Positions 40,688-52,966 of a DNA stretch of 64,000 bases are shown here, piece by piece (the first letter of the stretch is position 1; each line of letters begins with the position of its first letter). The translations under genes and the position numbers were made by a program. A model generated the notes under the pieces. It was not told where the DNA came from. It searched no databases and saw only the letters and a list, made by a program, of their open reading frames with translations. The stretch comes from Squalus acanthias (taxonomy: Eukaryota): the NCBI GenBank assembly GCA_030390025.1, contig CM059432.1, positions 92,258,001 through 92,322,000 of the forward strand. The letters run 5' to 3'.

Positions 40688-41299
40688 GACTGGGAGCAAG
40701 TGGTGTGAGCAGAACCCTTGAAATCAGAATCAAGGCGTTCTCCACTTGCAGCAACACTCCCTGTCACCTCACCAACTTTAAATAAAACTAGAAAGCTTCA
40801 AACAGTTGCACAAACATACACAGAGCCAGTACAAATCAAAAAGCAAATCACCTGCAAGTACTTGATGATCCTTTTAAATAGCGCTGGTGGGGGTTCCCTC
40901 GTGCAGCTGAATGCACGTTCAGCTGTGCCTGCTTTGGAGAGGGTGTGCAGTCGAGCGGCGACGTCCAAAATAGCAGGTCATGCATCAAATCAGCGTTGCA
41001 CGCTGATTGACATCACGATCTGACTCATTAGCATTCTTCTGGTGAACGCAAGCAATGACCGCACTAGCGACCTGCCCAAAATGGCGGCCGCCACAGCGCC
41101 ATTTTTTTTTGCCGAAACCAGCCTTAACAGCCGGCGATAAGAGGGGGAATTTCGCAGCCAATGTGTTGGCAGCGTGTTGATGCTTGTTCTTTGCCACATT
41201 ATATATCTAGCTGTGTCTTATGTTGCCGTGCCCTTGTCCATTAATCTCCCACCCCCCATTCCCCACACATTGAAGACTATTCTTGGTCTTGATTCCCCA

Positions 41300-41956
41300 G
41301 GGTTGATTTTGACTTTTGGGCGATCGACCGGCAGATTGCACTGGCCGACCGCCCATTCCGGCAGCAAAGAGCCGGCCCCGATTTTGAAGCCCTGGCCTCG
41401 TTTAAATTTGGCACGCAAGCTGCGGATGTCAAACCACCGCCCTGATTCAGCTCACTGCTCTTCAGCCTCAGGTATGTCAGTCCACTGGGACGCTGGCAGA
41501 GGCTCGCTCGCAGGTAGGTCCTCGGGTGGGGGGTTGCACCGGTGGAGCCAGGGCGGCGTGAGGCCGGGCCAGGCCAGGCTGGGCAGGCAGCAGCCCGCAG
41601 TATTTCTCTTGAGACACGAGGAGCACTGCTGCTCTTTCCAGTCCACAAAAAAAAATTCTGCCCACTTCCTGATCAAAACACCATTACACATGGGCGGAGT
41701 GTGTGCATCTCAAGCTGTGCCCATGTGTCCCTTAAATTTGCAATCAGGATCCTAACTACGTCATTAGGCCCCTGATTTACATGGGAAAGAGACCAGCCGC
41801 TTATTTCAGGCAGGAGCTTTGGCCAGCCAGCAGTAGGCCCTTGTGAAAGTCACAGTGAGCCAATCCTCGGGATTAATGGGGTGACAAGGCCTCCAACAAC
41901 ATTTTTCGACCCTTACCACCCCGTCAATGCCGATTTTCCCAAATGAAAATCACCCC
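41300..41956. mobile_element. MITE with short TIRs (Harbinger-like)
   Basis: gggttgatttt at 41300 vs reverse complement of aaaatcacccc at 41946-41956 (ggggtgatttt); GC/CpG-rich non-coding interior. Confidence 0.6.
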
Positions 41957-42784
41957 CCCCCCATGTGCAACACATAGAAGGTTGACATACATGTGTACAT
42001 ATTGCCACATATCTTGCATATATTTACAGATGTATATGTATAGATATTTTATATATCTTGCAGATCTTTCATGGTGAGTCGGCTATTATATACGATACAC
42101 CATTTCTCCTTTCAAGGTTGTCTCAGAAGAGTTAGAGATCCTGCTTTATCTTGATTTTCACGTTTTAGACAAAAATACAGTCAAATTACTCAAACTGTCC
42201 TCTATAATAGCTTCACTGGGGATTTTTGTCTGCAGTAATTTACCTGCAATACAGAGGAGTACAGGAAGGGGTGGGGCCTACAAACTGCAAGTGTGGCATG
42301 TTCTGTGGCTGTCAGTCATAAACAAATCTGCAAGTTGCAGGCACAAATGCAGGCTGGGACCTGCAGCCTGCAACCTGCTGACTCTCTTCAGCTAAATGTG
42401 ACCTATTTAGGATTCTCCATGAACACATCTGAGGCTTGTTTCAGAGGCACAGGTCTTCAATAGATTATATCGGTAAATTTAATCATGTTATTTTGGAATT
42501 GTTTCTGTCTTTATTATATTACAAATCTTATTTCTAGAAATAAGCTCACAACTCAGTGAAAAGATGGCAACCAAAAATATTTTCAAAAAATATTTTGATT
42601 GATTGATTGTTTCGCCTTCCTTATTATCGATAATTGTTGCTGATTGCACATTTTTGGTTTGTAGTTTTGGGGAAATTTGTGATTGGTGATTTTCATTCCT
42701 GCTTGCTCCCTGGTGATGTGTAGATTCCCCACCCCTGATGTGTTGCAGGTTTACAAATTTGAAATTTGAGCCAATCAGGTGCAA

Positions 42785-42958
42785 GTTGAGTATATTCAAG
42801 ACAGAGATGGATAGATGTTTGGACACTAAGGGAATCAAGGGATATGGGGATAGGGCGGGAAAGTGGAGTTGAGGTAGAAGTTCAGCCATGATCTTATTGA
42901 ATGGCTTGAGGGGCCATATGGCCAACTCCTACTCCTATTTCTTATGTTCTTATGTTCT
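42785..42958 (+). mobile_element. CR1 LINE 3' end
   Basis: ttcaagacagagatggatagat...cagccatgatcttattgaatggc...ctcctatt followed by tcttatgt repeats. Confidence 0.8.
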
Positions 42959-43560
42959 AAGTGTAACATAGAATTTGCATGTAGACAGGTGTGACACCTG
43001 AGAGTGAGAGACAAAACTTGTTCTAGATGCAACAATTTTATGTAGGTATGTGGATAGGTAAAAGCAGCCTTTTGCATATCTTAAAATGCATTTACACTAC
43101 AGCCTTGAAATTCCGTGGGGGTGGGGGGATGTCTCCTGCCACTGGACTCAATATCCAGTGCAGCTGCAACAATACCGTCCAGGAGAGCGAAGTTCACTTG
43201 ATTAATTACCCCATCGCCATTGGACTCAGTCCCTACCCCCTTCAACCCTGGCCCACTGTGGCTGTAGTATGTACAATCTTCGGGACACACCACAGCAAGT
43301 CACTAAGGTCACTTCAACAGCATCTTCCTCCCCGCAACCTCTACCAACAAGAAGGACAAGAGTGGTAATGTTGTTGGGATACTATCACCATCAAATTCCC
43401 TTTTAAATCACACACATCCTGACTTGGACAAATATAATTGTTCCTCCATTATAGCTTTATATATATATATATTGATATATATATATATATACAGATCAAT
43501 ATCCTTGAATTCCCTACCAAAGACCATTGCAGGAGCACCATCACCACAAGGAATACGACA

Positions 43561-46500
43561 GTTAGAATCATAGAATGGTTGCAGCACAGAAGGAAGCCAT
43601 TCGGCCCATTGAGATCGTGCCGGCTCTCTGTAAGAGTACTTCAGCTAATCCCACTCCCCTACCCTTTCCCCATAGGCTTGCAAAGTTTTTCCTTCAGGTA
43701 CTTATCCAATTCCCTTTTGAAAGCCATGATTGAATCTGCCTCCACCACCCTTTCAGGCAGTGCATTTCAGATCCTAACCACTCGCTGCATAAAAAAGTTT
43801 TTCCTCATGTCGCCATTGGTTCTTCTGCCAATCACCTTAAATCTGTGTCCTCTGGTTCTCGACCCTTCTGCCAATGGGAACAATTTATTTCTATCTACCA
43901 TGTCTAGACCCCTCATGATTTTGAACACCTCTCTCAAATCTCCTCTCAACCTTCTCTGCTCTAAGGAGAACAACCCCAGCTTCTCCAGTCTATCCACGTA
44001 ACTGAAGTTCCTCATCCCTGAAACCATTCTTGTAAATCTTTTCTGCACCCTCTCGAACGCCTTCACATCGTTCCTGAAGTACGGTGCCCGGAATTGGACA
44101 CAATACTCCAGTTGAGGCCGAACCAGTGTTTTATAAAGGTTCATCATAACTTCCTTGCTTTTGTACTCGATACCTCTATTTATGAAGCCCAGGATCCCAT
44201 ATGCTTTTTTTAACCACTTTCTCAACCTGCCCTGCCACCTTCAACGATTTGTGCACATATACCCCCAGGTCTCTCTGTTCATGCTAACCAATAACCTGCT
44301 CACCGATGCAAAGTTTGGGTTCCACCAAGACCACTCGGCTCCAGACCTCATTACAGCCTTGGTCCAAACATGGACAAAAGAGCTGAATTCCAAAGGTGAG
44401 GTGAGAGTGACTGCCCTTGACATCAAGGCAGTATTTGACCGAGTGCAGCGTCAAGAGCCCTAGTAAAGCTGAAGTCAATGGGAATCGGGGGAAAATTATC
44501 CACTGGCTGGAGTCATACCTAGCACAAAGGAAGATGGTTGCGGTTGTTGGAGGTCAATCATCACAGCCCCAGGACATCGCTGCAGGAGTTCCTCAGGGCA
44601 GTGTCCTAGGCCCACCCATCTTCAGCTGCTTCATCAATGACCTTCCCTCCATCATAAGGTTAGAAGTGGGGATGTTCACTGATGACTACACAGTGTTCAG
44701 TTCCATTCGCAACGCCCCAGATAATGAAGCAGTCCATGCCTGCATGCAGCAAGACCTGGACAACATTCAGGCTTGGGCTGATAAGTGCAAGTAACATTCA
44801 CACCACACAAATGCCAGGCAATAACTATCTCCAACAAGAGAGAGTCTAACCACTGCCCCTTGACATTCGATGGCATTACCATTGCCGAATCCCCCACCAT
44901 CAACATCCTGGGGGGGGTCACCATTGACCGGAAACTTAACTGTACCAGCCAGATAAATACTGTGGCTACAAGAGCAGGTCAGAGACTGGGTATTCTGTGA
45001 TGTGTGGTTCACCTCTGATTCCCCAAAGCTTCTCTACTACCCACAAGACACAAGCCAGGAGTGTGATGGAATACTCTCCGCTTGCCTGGATGAGTGCAGC
45101 TCCAACAACACTCAAGAAGCTAGACACCATCCAGGACAAAGCAGCCCTGCTTGATTGGCACCCCATCCACCACCTTAAACATTCACTCCCTCCATCACTG
45201 GCGCACCATGCCTGCAGTGTGTACCCTCTACAAGATGCACTGCAGAAACTCGGCAAGGCTTCTTCGACAGCACTTCCCAAACCCGCAATCGCTACCACCT
45301 AGAAGGACAAGGGCAGCAGGTGCATTGGAACACCATCACCTGCAAGTTCCCCTCCAAGTTACACACCATACTGACTTGGAAATATATTGCCGTTCCTTCA
45401 TCATCGCTGGGTCAAAATCCTGGAAATCTCTCCCTAACAGCACTGTGGGATTACCTTCACCACACAAACTGCAGCGGTTCAAGAAGGTGGCTCACCACCA
45501 CCTTCTCAAGGTCAATTAGGGATGGGCAATAAATGCTGGCCTTGCCAGCGACGCCCACATCCCAGGAATGAATAAATATATATATATTTTAAAAACCTTT
45601 AGAATTGTACCTTTTAGTTTATATTGCCTCTCCTCATTCTTCCTACCAAAATGTATCACTTCGCACTTTTGTGCGTTAAATTTCATCTGCCATGTGTCCG
45701 CCCATTCCACCAGCCTGTCTATGTCCTCTTGATGTCTATCACTATCTTCACACTGTTCACTATACTTCCAAGTTTTGTGTCATCTGCAAATTTTGAAATT
45801 GTGCCCTGTACACCCAAGTCCAAGTCATTAATATATATTAAGAAAAGCAGTGGTCCTAGTACCGACCCCTGGGGAACACCACTGTATACCCTCCTCCAGT
45901 CTGAAAAACAACCGTTCACCACTACGCTCTGTTTCCTGTCACTTAGCCAATTTCGTATCCATGCTGCCACTGTCCCTTTTATTCCATGGGCTTCAACTTT
46001 GCTGGCAAGCCTATTATGTGACACTTTATCAAACGCCTTTTGGAAGTCCATGTACACCACATCAACCACATTGTCCTTATCAACCCTCTGTTACCTCATC
46101 AAAAAACTCAATCAAGTGAGGTAAACACGATTTGCCTTTGACAAATCCATGCTGCCTTTCCCTAATTAATCACACTTGTCCAAGTGACTGTTAATTTTGT
46201 CCCGGATTATCATTTCTAAAAGCTTCCCCACTATCGAGGTTAAACTGACTGGTCTAGTTGCTGGGTTTATCCTTGCATCATTTTTGGAACAAGGGTGTAA
46301 CATTTGCAATTCGTCGGTCCTCCGGCACCACCCCTGTATCTAAGGAGGATTAGAAGATTATGGCCAGTACCTCCGCAATTTCCACCCTTACCGCCCTCAG
46401 CATCCTAGGATGCATCCCATCCGGTCCTGGTGACTTATCTACTTTAAGTATGGCCAGCCTTTCTAGTACCACTTTATCAATTTTTATCCCATCCAGTATC

Positions 46501-46790
46501 TCAACTACCTCCTCTTTCACTATGACTTTGGCAGCATCTTCTTCCTTGGTAAAGACAGATGCAAAGTACTCATTTAGTACCTCTGCCTCCATGAGTAGGT
46601 CTCCTTTTTGGTCCCTAATCGGCCCCACCCCTCTTCTGACTACTCATTTACTATTTATATACCTATAGAAGACTTTTGGATTCCCTTTTATGTTAGCTGC
46701 CAGTCTATTCTCATACTCTCTCTCTTTGCCCCTCTTATTTCTTTTTTCACTTCCCCTCTGAACTTTCTATATTCAGCCTGGTTCTCACTC
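43561..46790 (-). mobile_element. CR1 LINE (ORF2 RT region to 3' tail), interrupted at 44284-45575
   Basis: [76 protein letters not shown]; tail attctatgattcta. Confidence 0.92.
44284..45575 (+). mobile_element. 5'-truncated CR1-group LINE 'family B' (possibly Zenon-like)
   Basis: [38 protein letters not shown]; 3' end ggttcaagaagg...gggcaataaatgctggccttgccagcgacgcccacatccc followed by aataaa. Confidence 0.9.
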
Positions 46791-47055
46791 TACGAGAAGG
46801 CCCACCACCACCTTCTCAGGGCAAATAGAGATGGACAATCCCTGCGTTTCCCACATCCCAAGAACAAAAGAAAAATAAACACTTCTGCCTTGCTTCTTCT
46901 CTTCCCATCTTCAAGCACCTCCTCAAAACTTTTTTAAACCATACTATTAATCATCTGTCCTAACACTTCTACTACTAGTTAAACCGCTTAATTTTTGACT
47001 TGTATGTTTTTCCATAATGACAATGAATCACTTGAATGGAATCCCTGCTATGTAC

Positions 47056-47162
47056 CTCCTCCAGCTCCTTTAAGACCTTCAGGATTCTGATAATCTCTTC
47101 CATTAATGTACTTTTTGGCATTTTTTTTTGCCAACACAAATCAAAAATGATTTCCAATTGAG
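47056..47162 (-). other. Candidate exon (107 nt, phase 1 to 0)
   Basis: Acceptor ttttaatattctatttcag|, open frame QLEIIFDLCWQKKMPKSTLMEEIIRILKVLKELEE, donor gag|gtacat. Confidence 0.35.
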
Positions 47163-48574
47163 CTGAAATAGAATATTAAAAGATGTGGTAATAACATGCA
47201 AATTATATTTCTATTGCTATTTCAAATTATGCAACTTACTTGCTTTGCTAAAATGCATAAATTTGCTCAAAAAAGAATCGTAAATGTTCCAATTAGAAGC
47301 TAAGTTTTAAAATTAATTTTGTAGTTGTCAGCCCCAGAGACCAGCTCTTTGGGAATAACCATTTTCAGTTATATAAGGGAGCTGTTTATCTATTAGTCTA
47401 TATACATTTTAATATTACAAAAATGTTATGTATGTACATATGTCCTGGAGATCTGAGCAAAGGGTTGCACCAGGTAAAGATGATATGACTTGAAACAGAA
47501 AGGCAAAGGTTACACAATGAGACAGTTTGGTAAGAGCTACTGAAAGATCATCCTGAAGTTGAAGTAGGATTGGAATCATTTTAGTTTTGATATTACAGAC
47601 CATCTGCATTTTTATTGCGTGACACATTTTCAAAAAAAGTTTCCTCCTTACAGCTAGGTGGTCTTAGGGTTACCTACGTGCGATGGATTTCGCTCAAATA
47701 TCAGAAGAGGCTACAGCTATTTGATCTGCTGCTGCTACAGTACGGAGGTAGGAAGCCAAAGGGGAAATGTTCTGAAGGCAGACACCGGTCATTTATCCAT
47801 TTGCTCAGTGTAGGCTGTTAAAAAAATCCCAGGAGGGTGCTTTGCACTTACTGTGCTCTGGGATCGCACTGCCCATTTTTTTACAGCGTCCTCCTGCACA
47901 CACAGGCCTCAGTAAGGGTTTGAAAATTATGGGTAGGGGCCCCCACCCTACATGTTATGCGTGTTGCCCCAGAATTATATCATCACTGAAGGGCCAAATT
48001 CACCTCCTAACCTTTAAAACTGAGTTTCATAAAAGTGTGTTTAGCTGATCTATGAGTGAATTTGCTCCACCCAATACTGGTGGTCCATTTCAGTCCTGCT
48101 GAGGTTTAAATCAGTGGCTCACTGACTTGAAAGTGTTGTAATTCATTAACAGTAAACTTTAATATCACTTTTCTTATAGTAATACATGAATTTTTTAATA
48201 TAATGAAAATAACAGACAAAACAAATATAATATCAGTGCAATTATTTTTTCAAAAAAAAGGGAGGGCCTATTGCCGCATTGGCATTACAGCAGTGGTGGC
48301 GTCAGCTTGGATGGCAGTAGTGTGATGTAAATGCGGCAGGACCAGTGCTTCTCACACCAGGCAGTAGCATCTCAAAAGGTGGCTTTTCCCTGCACCACAG
48401 GAGGCACAGTGCTGGTGGCAGTAAATGTAAACACAACAGGACCACACACTGCCAACCATCATATTTCTGGTGGTTTTCAAGGTGTTGGCCTGTATGGACC
48501 ATCGCCCAACATCGTAGCCAGAATATAAACGTCTCAATTGTGACTTAGAAACAACACAGCAGTTAGAATCATTA

Positions 48575-48676
48575 GGGTAATTTTGACTTCAATGTAAATA
48601 AAAATCAGGAGAGATGTAAAACAGGTGGCCGAATCGCTATCGCCCGTTTTACACTATCACAAAGTCAAAATTACCC
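48575..48676. mobile_element. 102-bp mini-MITE with perfect 15-bp TIRs
   Basis: gggtaattttgactt ... aagtcaaaattaccc; sits inside a CR1-tail fragment (tagaatcat|gagttttacagcacagaaggaggccat). Confidence 0.75.
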
Positions 48677-49637
48677 CCCATTGAGTTTTACAGCACAGAA
48701 GGAGGCCATCATGTTGTTTATGTGTTGTCACGTGAGTTCTAAATGGGCAGGCATCAGGGAATTAGTATCCAAGACAAACAAAATCCGCTCCAATATAAGC
48801 ATGCTATTACAGCTTTTTCCTGATTGTTTCCTCAATACTGATTAATCTCCTATAGCTTGAGAAATGTTTTCTGAAATTCTATTCTTATCCTGGCAAACCA
48901 ACATGATGCTGTAACATATATTTATACATGAATATTATGCAAATTCCCATTAACTACAGGTTTAGTCAATATTTAGAGCACCTGGACCCCTCTTAACAGC
49001 TACAAAGCCAGATATCCTCAACCCACAGTGCACCTATTCTGTTGAAGTTATCAGATATACATCAGCTGGTGTGTTTTTCCTATTGCCTCCATTGGTATGG
49101 CACTTCTGTTTCCATTTTTGTCATTCATGCTTTAATGTCTGATCTGAAGAAACATGATTAAGGTCTAATAAGCTGCTGAGGTTTGAATCAGTGACCTTCT
49201 ATCCCTTTTTTGGTAGCATACAGCTAGGCCTAAATTTTCCAATGTGCTGGTTGTGGGCGGCAGCAGCAATTTTCCGACATGTGCCGGCAGTGAGCAAGGT
49301 TCCTCTCCACTTACTCTGTAACAGAGAAAGGTGCTAATTGTCAGGCTGGGGGAGGGATGCACAAAGCCACTGACAGAATTTGAAAAGTCATTTTTTTAGA
49401 GACTCAGGCTGGCTGCTATCGGCAGGCACCAAGCAGACACCCCGCTGCAGTTCGCCGGTTCTTGGAAAGCAGGAAATCTGTGCAAATCATAGCTGTGGCA
49501 ACACTGGGGGTGTGCCTGGGTTGTGACAGTTTTGTGCAGGAGAGAGCCCTGGGGACTGGTAGTACTGGAGGAAGGCAGACTGGGTGCCTGGCAGCCATGG
49601 TGTTCAAGGTGTGACACAGGAAGTGTGATATCTGAAG

Positions 49638-50590
49638 TACGAACATACGAACAATGACGGACAGGTAAAGACCATCTAGTCCATCGAGCCTGTCCCACAC
49701 AATCGCGATACCTTGATATTCTCCACCCCACCTGAAACCATGTGATCTCCTGGGAGAGGCAAAAAAACAGATTAAAAAACCCAGGCCAATATGAGAAAAA
49801 ATCTTGGAAATTGCTCTCCGATCCATCTAGGCGATCGAAACTAGTCCAGGAGATCACTCTGGCCCTGAATTCCCTGCAGTACCTACCTTCTGTAAGAGGT
49901 GATCTCTGCCCCAGCCAGAAACAGGTCCAGCTCTCGCTTGAAGGAATTCAGTGAGTCAGCGTCCACCACACGAGATGGCAGCCTGTTCCAGAGGTCCACT
50001 ATTTTCTGGGAAAAGAACCACCTCCTGACATCTAACCTAGATCTAACCTTATACAACTTAAATTTGTGACCCCTGGTCCTGCCTAACCTATTTAATTGAA
50101 ATAAACTGTCAGGTGGAACACAAACTATTCCCTTCATTATCTTATAAACCTCAATCAGATCACCTCTAAGTCTACGCTTCTCTAAGGTGTAGAGTCCTAA
50201 CTCTTTTAGCCTATCTTGATAACTAAGATGCTTTAGACTGGGAATTAGTCTGGCGGCCCTCCTTTGCACCCTCTCCAAAGCCTCAGTATCACCCACCATG
50301 TGAGGAGACCAAAACTGGACACAGTATTCCAAGCGCAGCCTGACTAAGGTCTTGTACAAGGACAAAACAGTATGCCTCATCTTGTACTCAATTGTCCTAA
50401 GGATACACCCCAACACCCTATTTGCTCTAGCTATCACTACACGGCATTGCTCATGTACCTTTAAGGATGTATGCACTAGAATGCCCAAATCTCTTTCTAT
50501 CTCCACCATCTTTAATGCCTTTCCCTGAAGGTTGTATGAATGTTGAGCATTTGCCCTGCCCGCATGCATAAAACTGCACTTATCAGTGAC
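49638..50590 (-). mobile_element. CR1 LINE 3' portion (distinct subfamily)
   Basis: ORF 49883-50608: ERDLGILV, LYKTLVR.RLEYCVQFWSP, LERVQRRA, RRLRGDLIEVYKI, RTRGH, WNRLP; tail gttcgtatgttcgta. Confidence 0.92.
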
Positions 50591-51839
50591 AACAGGAAAT
50601 GTACTCATGCGTAATGTTTTTGTAATATTAAAACATATTTATATAAATGGGCAAACAGATAGATAGATACTAACGGTTGAGGATTTCATGCAGGTTACTG
50701 GTAGGAATGGATGTGGAACACGGTTTCTCTTAAGGTCACTTTATTATGGGTACTTCAGCAAGAGGCAGGGGACAATGGGGCTACGAACAGGCATATATTT
50801 TAAGCCGTATTCAGCTGTTTTCTCCATTGTTGTGCTTCAGTCATCTCTTTCATATCCAATTCCAAACATCCTTCCAGTAACTAGAAAAGTGAACGTGCAG
50901 GATGCAGCTGTACAGCAAGTGTTAGGAACAGGTATGTATTTGGCTGTTTTTGCAATTTTCACTATTGCCTCATTATTGCCTTATTATTGCTTTGATTTTA
51001 TTTTACTGAGATATGAATAACCCTACAAGTGTATATTTGTTTAGTTTTATTCTGTTTTGGTCATTTATGACTATAATTTTTCACAGCATTCCTTTGAAGG
51101 TTATTATGCAGTACAATAACAATCACTGACAAAGAGTATAGAAAGTTTCCACAAGGAAAATATGATGATTTACTGACCTATATTTTATCCAGGTAATTGT
51201 CAGTGAAATAAAAGAGGAAAATATGTTTTACAATGTATGGTTTTATAAACTCAGTTAATGATTTCACCACAATCAAATATCTCTGCATTCCTTATACCAT
51301 ATCAACACATTCCTAATGCATTGCATATGAGATGCTCATTAGCCAATAAAGTTTGCATAGTTTCTCTAGGGACATTGCTCTAAAGTGCTCTGTTAGAAGC
51401 CTAACAATCAATCCCGGGTGATGCTTTCGTCAGACTTCTGCTTACCATATGATTAAACATGACTTCAGTTTTAGATACAAGTTTCCAATGCCTAGTCATC
51501 ACAATGGAAAATAAGTGCCAAAAGATATTGTTACTGTCAATGGTATTCATCTTTTTGCAAATTGTTTGATTGTATTGGTGTAATGAGACTAGTTTTACCA
51601 TAAAACTCCTTATCAGCACTATGAAGAAGGCTTGGATAGTCAGACTGAATTGTACAGCAAGCTATTCATAGGTTCAATATACATGTGTCAATGAATATTC
51701 AATTGATAGCTCCACTTGGGATTCATCTCCAATGGAGCTGAATCTGAATTTTTTTGGAACGATCCTGCCATTGGTTTTATCTGAGTCCCACCTACCAGCA
51801 GCAGTCTTCAGAGGCCAAACAATCATTTCTCACTTCACA

Positions 51840-51948
51840 TCAAAAGCAAAAATAGCAAATGCTGGAAATCTGAAACTGAAAGTGCTGGAAACACACAGCA
51901 GGTCAGTTAGGAGATCAATGTTTGAGGGTAGGCCTTTCTTCAGAATTT
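51840..51948 (-). mobile_element. Penelope terminal-repeat fragment with degenerate hammerhead core
   Basis: Reverse complement ttctgaagaaagg...cctcaaac...tgacctgctg..tttccagc..cagatttccagcatttgc is homologous to 55680-55810; the GAAA box reads CAAA. Confidence 0.65.
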
Positions 51949-52145
51949 CTAATTTCATGCTTTTTTATATATCTGATGTTCCTGTTGGAAGATAAATTTC
52001 CACATCTCCAATTCTGAAGTGTTGAAGGTAAGCTCAGTACTGTAGTAATGAGGCTCCCTTAACCCTCCCCTGGTTCTCCCACAGCTCCAATATAAGCATT
52101 ATCTGACATCTTATTGGGCTACCTTGGCTAAAGTGGGAAAGCCTT

Positions 52146-52200
52146 TGGCTTAGTGGTAGCATTCCTGTCTGCTGAGTCAGAAGGGGCAGGGTTCAAAGTC
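52146..52200 (+). mobile_element. tRNA-derived SINE head (A and B boxes only)
   Basis: tggcttagtgg (A box) ... gagtcagaagg ... ggttcaaagtc (B box); same head type as the DeuSINE at 36132. Confidence 0.5.
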
Positions 52201-52569
52201 TGCATCCTGGCAGTTCTGATGAGCAGAGACCAGAGCTCCAGCTCCGAATTATGGGATACTTCTGGCCCCGCTTATTGTATGGGTTGTGGGAGCCCATAAA
52301 ACCTTCCCACCATATAGAACTAACCACCCTATTTACTGGAATCTCTCCTTCTGCTTTACAGGCTGACCTCACATGAAATACTAAACAAAATCAATGCAAA
52401 AAGGGCCTAGCTTAAATTATTCAATTGGCTTTTTCTGGTCCATTGCACTTTTTCTTGTTTGACACCAACGTGTTTCTCCCAAATTTTTAATGTCAGCAGC
52501 TGGAAATGAATGTTTATCGGATTAGCGATTGCTTAAATTTTATTTTTGTTACTGTTTTGATTTGTTTGG

Positions 52570-52715
52570 GATCCATCCAATCAATCACTCAAATCAATCC
52601 ATCTGATAAGTCTGATCAATCATTCCAATCAATCTAATAAATCCATCCATCCAAACACTCCAAACGATCCGCTGAATCTATTCAATGAATCCATTCAATC
52701 AGTCTGATCAATCCA
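52570..52715. repeat. Degenerate (ATCC/ATCA)n microsatellite
   Basis: atccatccaatcaatcactcaaatcaatccatc... Confidence 0.7.
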
Positions 52716-52745
52716 ATATTTTTTTTCTCTGGTGGTATAAAGTAC

Positions 52746-52966
52746 CTTTTCCTGGTAGTCTTTGGCTTGGTTGAAGTTGGCACCATTCTGTGGTATTTTT
52801 AATTCTTTGTTAGTCTGTGAGCAGTAGCCTGTTGGAGATGTCCATTTCCCCAATGCTCTAACTCTCACATCTGGATTGACCAAAATGCAGCCTCCCGTAT
52901 TGATGTCATTTTAATCATTTCCATTACAGATGCTGTATGATAATATTTTATTATCACCGTCTTCAA
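52746..52966 (-). pseudogene. Candidate decayed exon with cadherin-repeat-like motifs
   Basis: Acceptor cttattcag|, frame EDGDNKILSYSICNGND*NDINTGGCILVNPDVRVRALGKWTSP...QEK, donor aag|gtact; one in-frame stop. Confidence 0.3.

Larger units (their letters stand above)
37730..41159. mobile_element. Decayed autonomous-type PIF/Harbinger DNA transposon
   Basis: Convergent Myb/SANT gene (+) and DDE transposase (-); candidate right terminus gggggaatttcgcagcc; no left TIR found, so the left boundary is approximate. Confidence 0.85.
43095..46880 (+). mobile_element. Old copy of CR1-group LINE 'family B', split into 43095-43560 and 46793-46880 by nested insertions
   Basis: Left piece (caacagcatcttcc...ctaccaacaagaaggacaag...tcaccacaagga) and right piece (gagaaggcccaccaccaccttctc...cccacatccca) are contiguous parts of the sequence seen intact at 45260-45575. 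Confidence 0.65.

Noticed and set aside
47056..47162. Protein kinase subdomain XI (CWQ...I..IL)
   Set aside because: The invariant Arg (RP) is missing and no other kinase motifs were found in the window
52146..52200. tRNA gene
   Set aside because: A and B boxes are present but there is no acceptor stem or cloverleaf; it matches a SINE head
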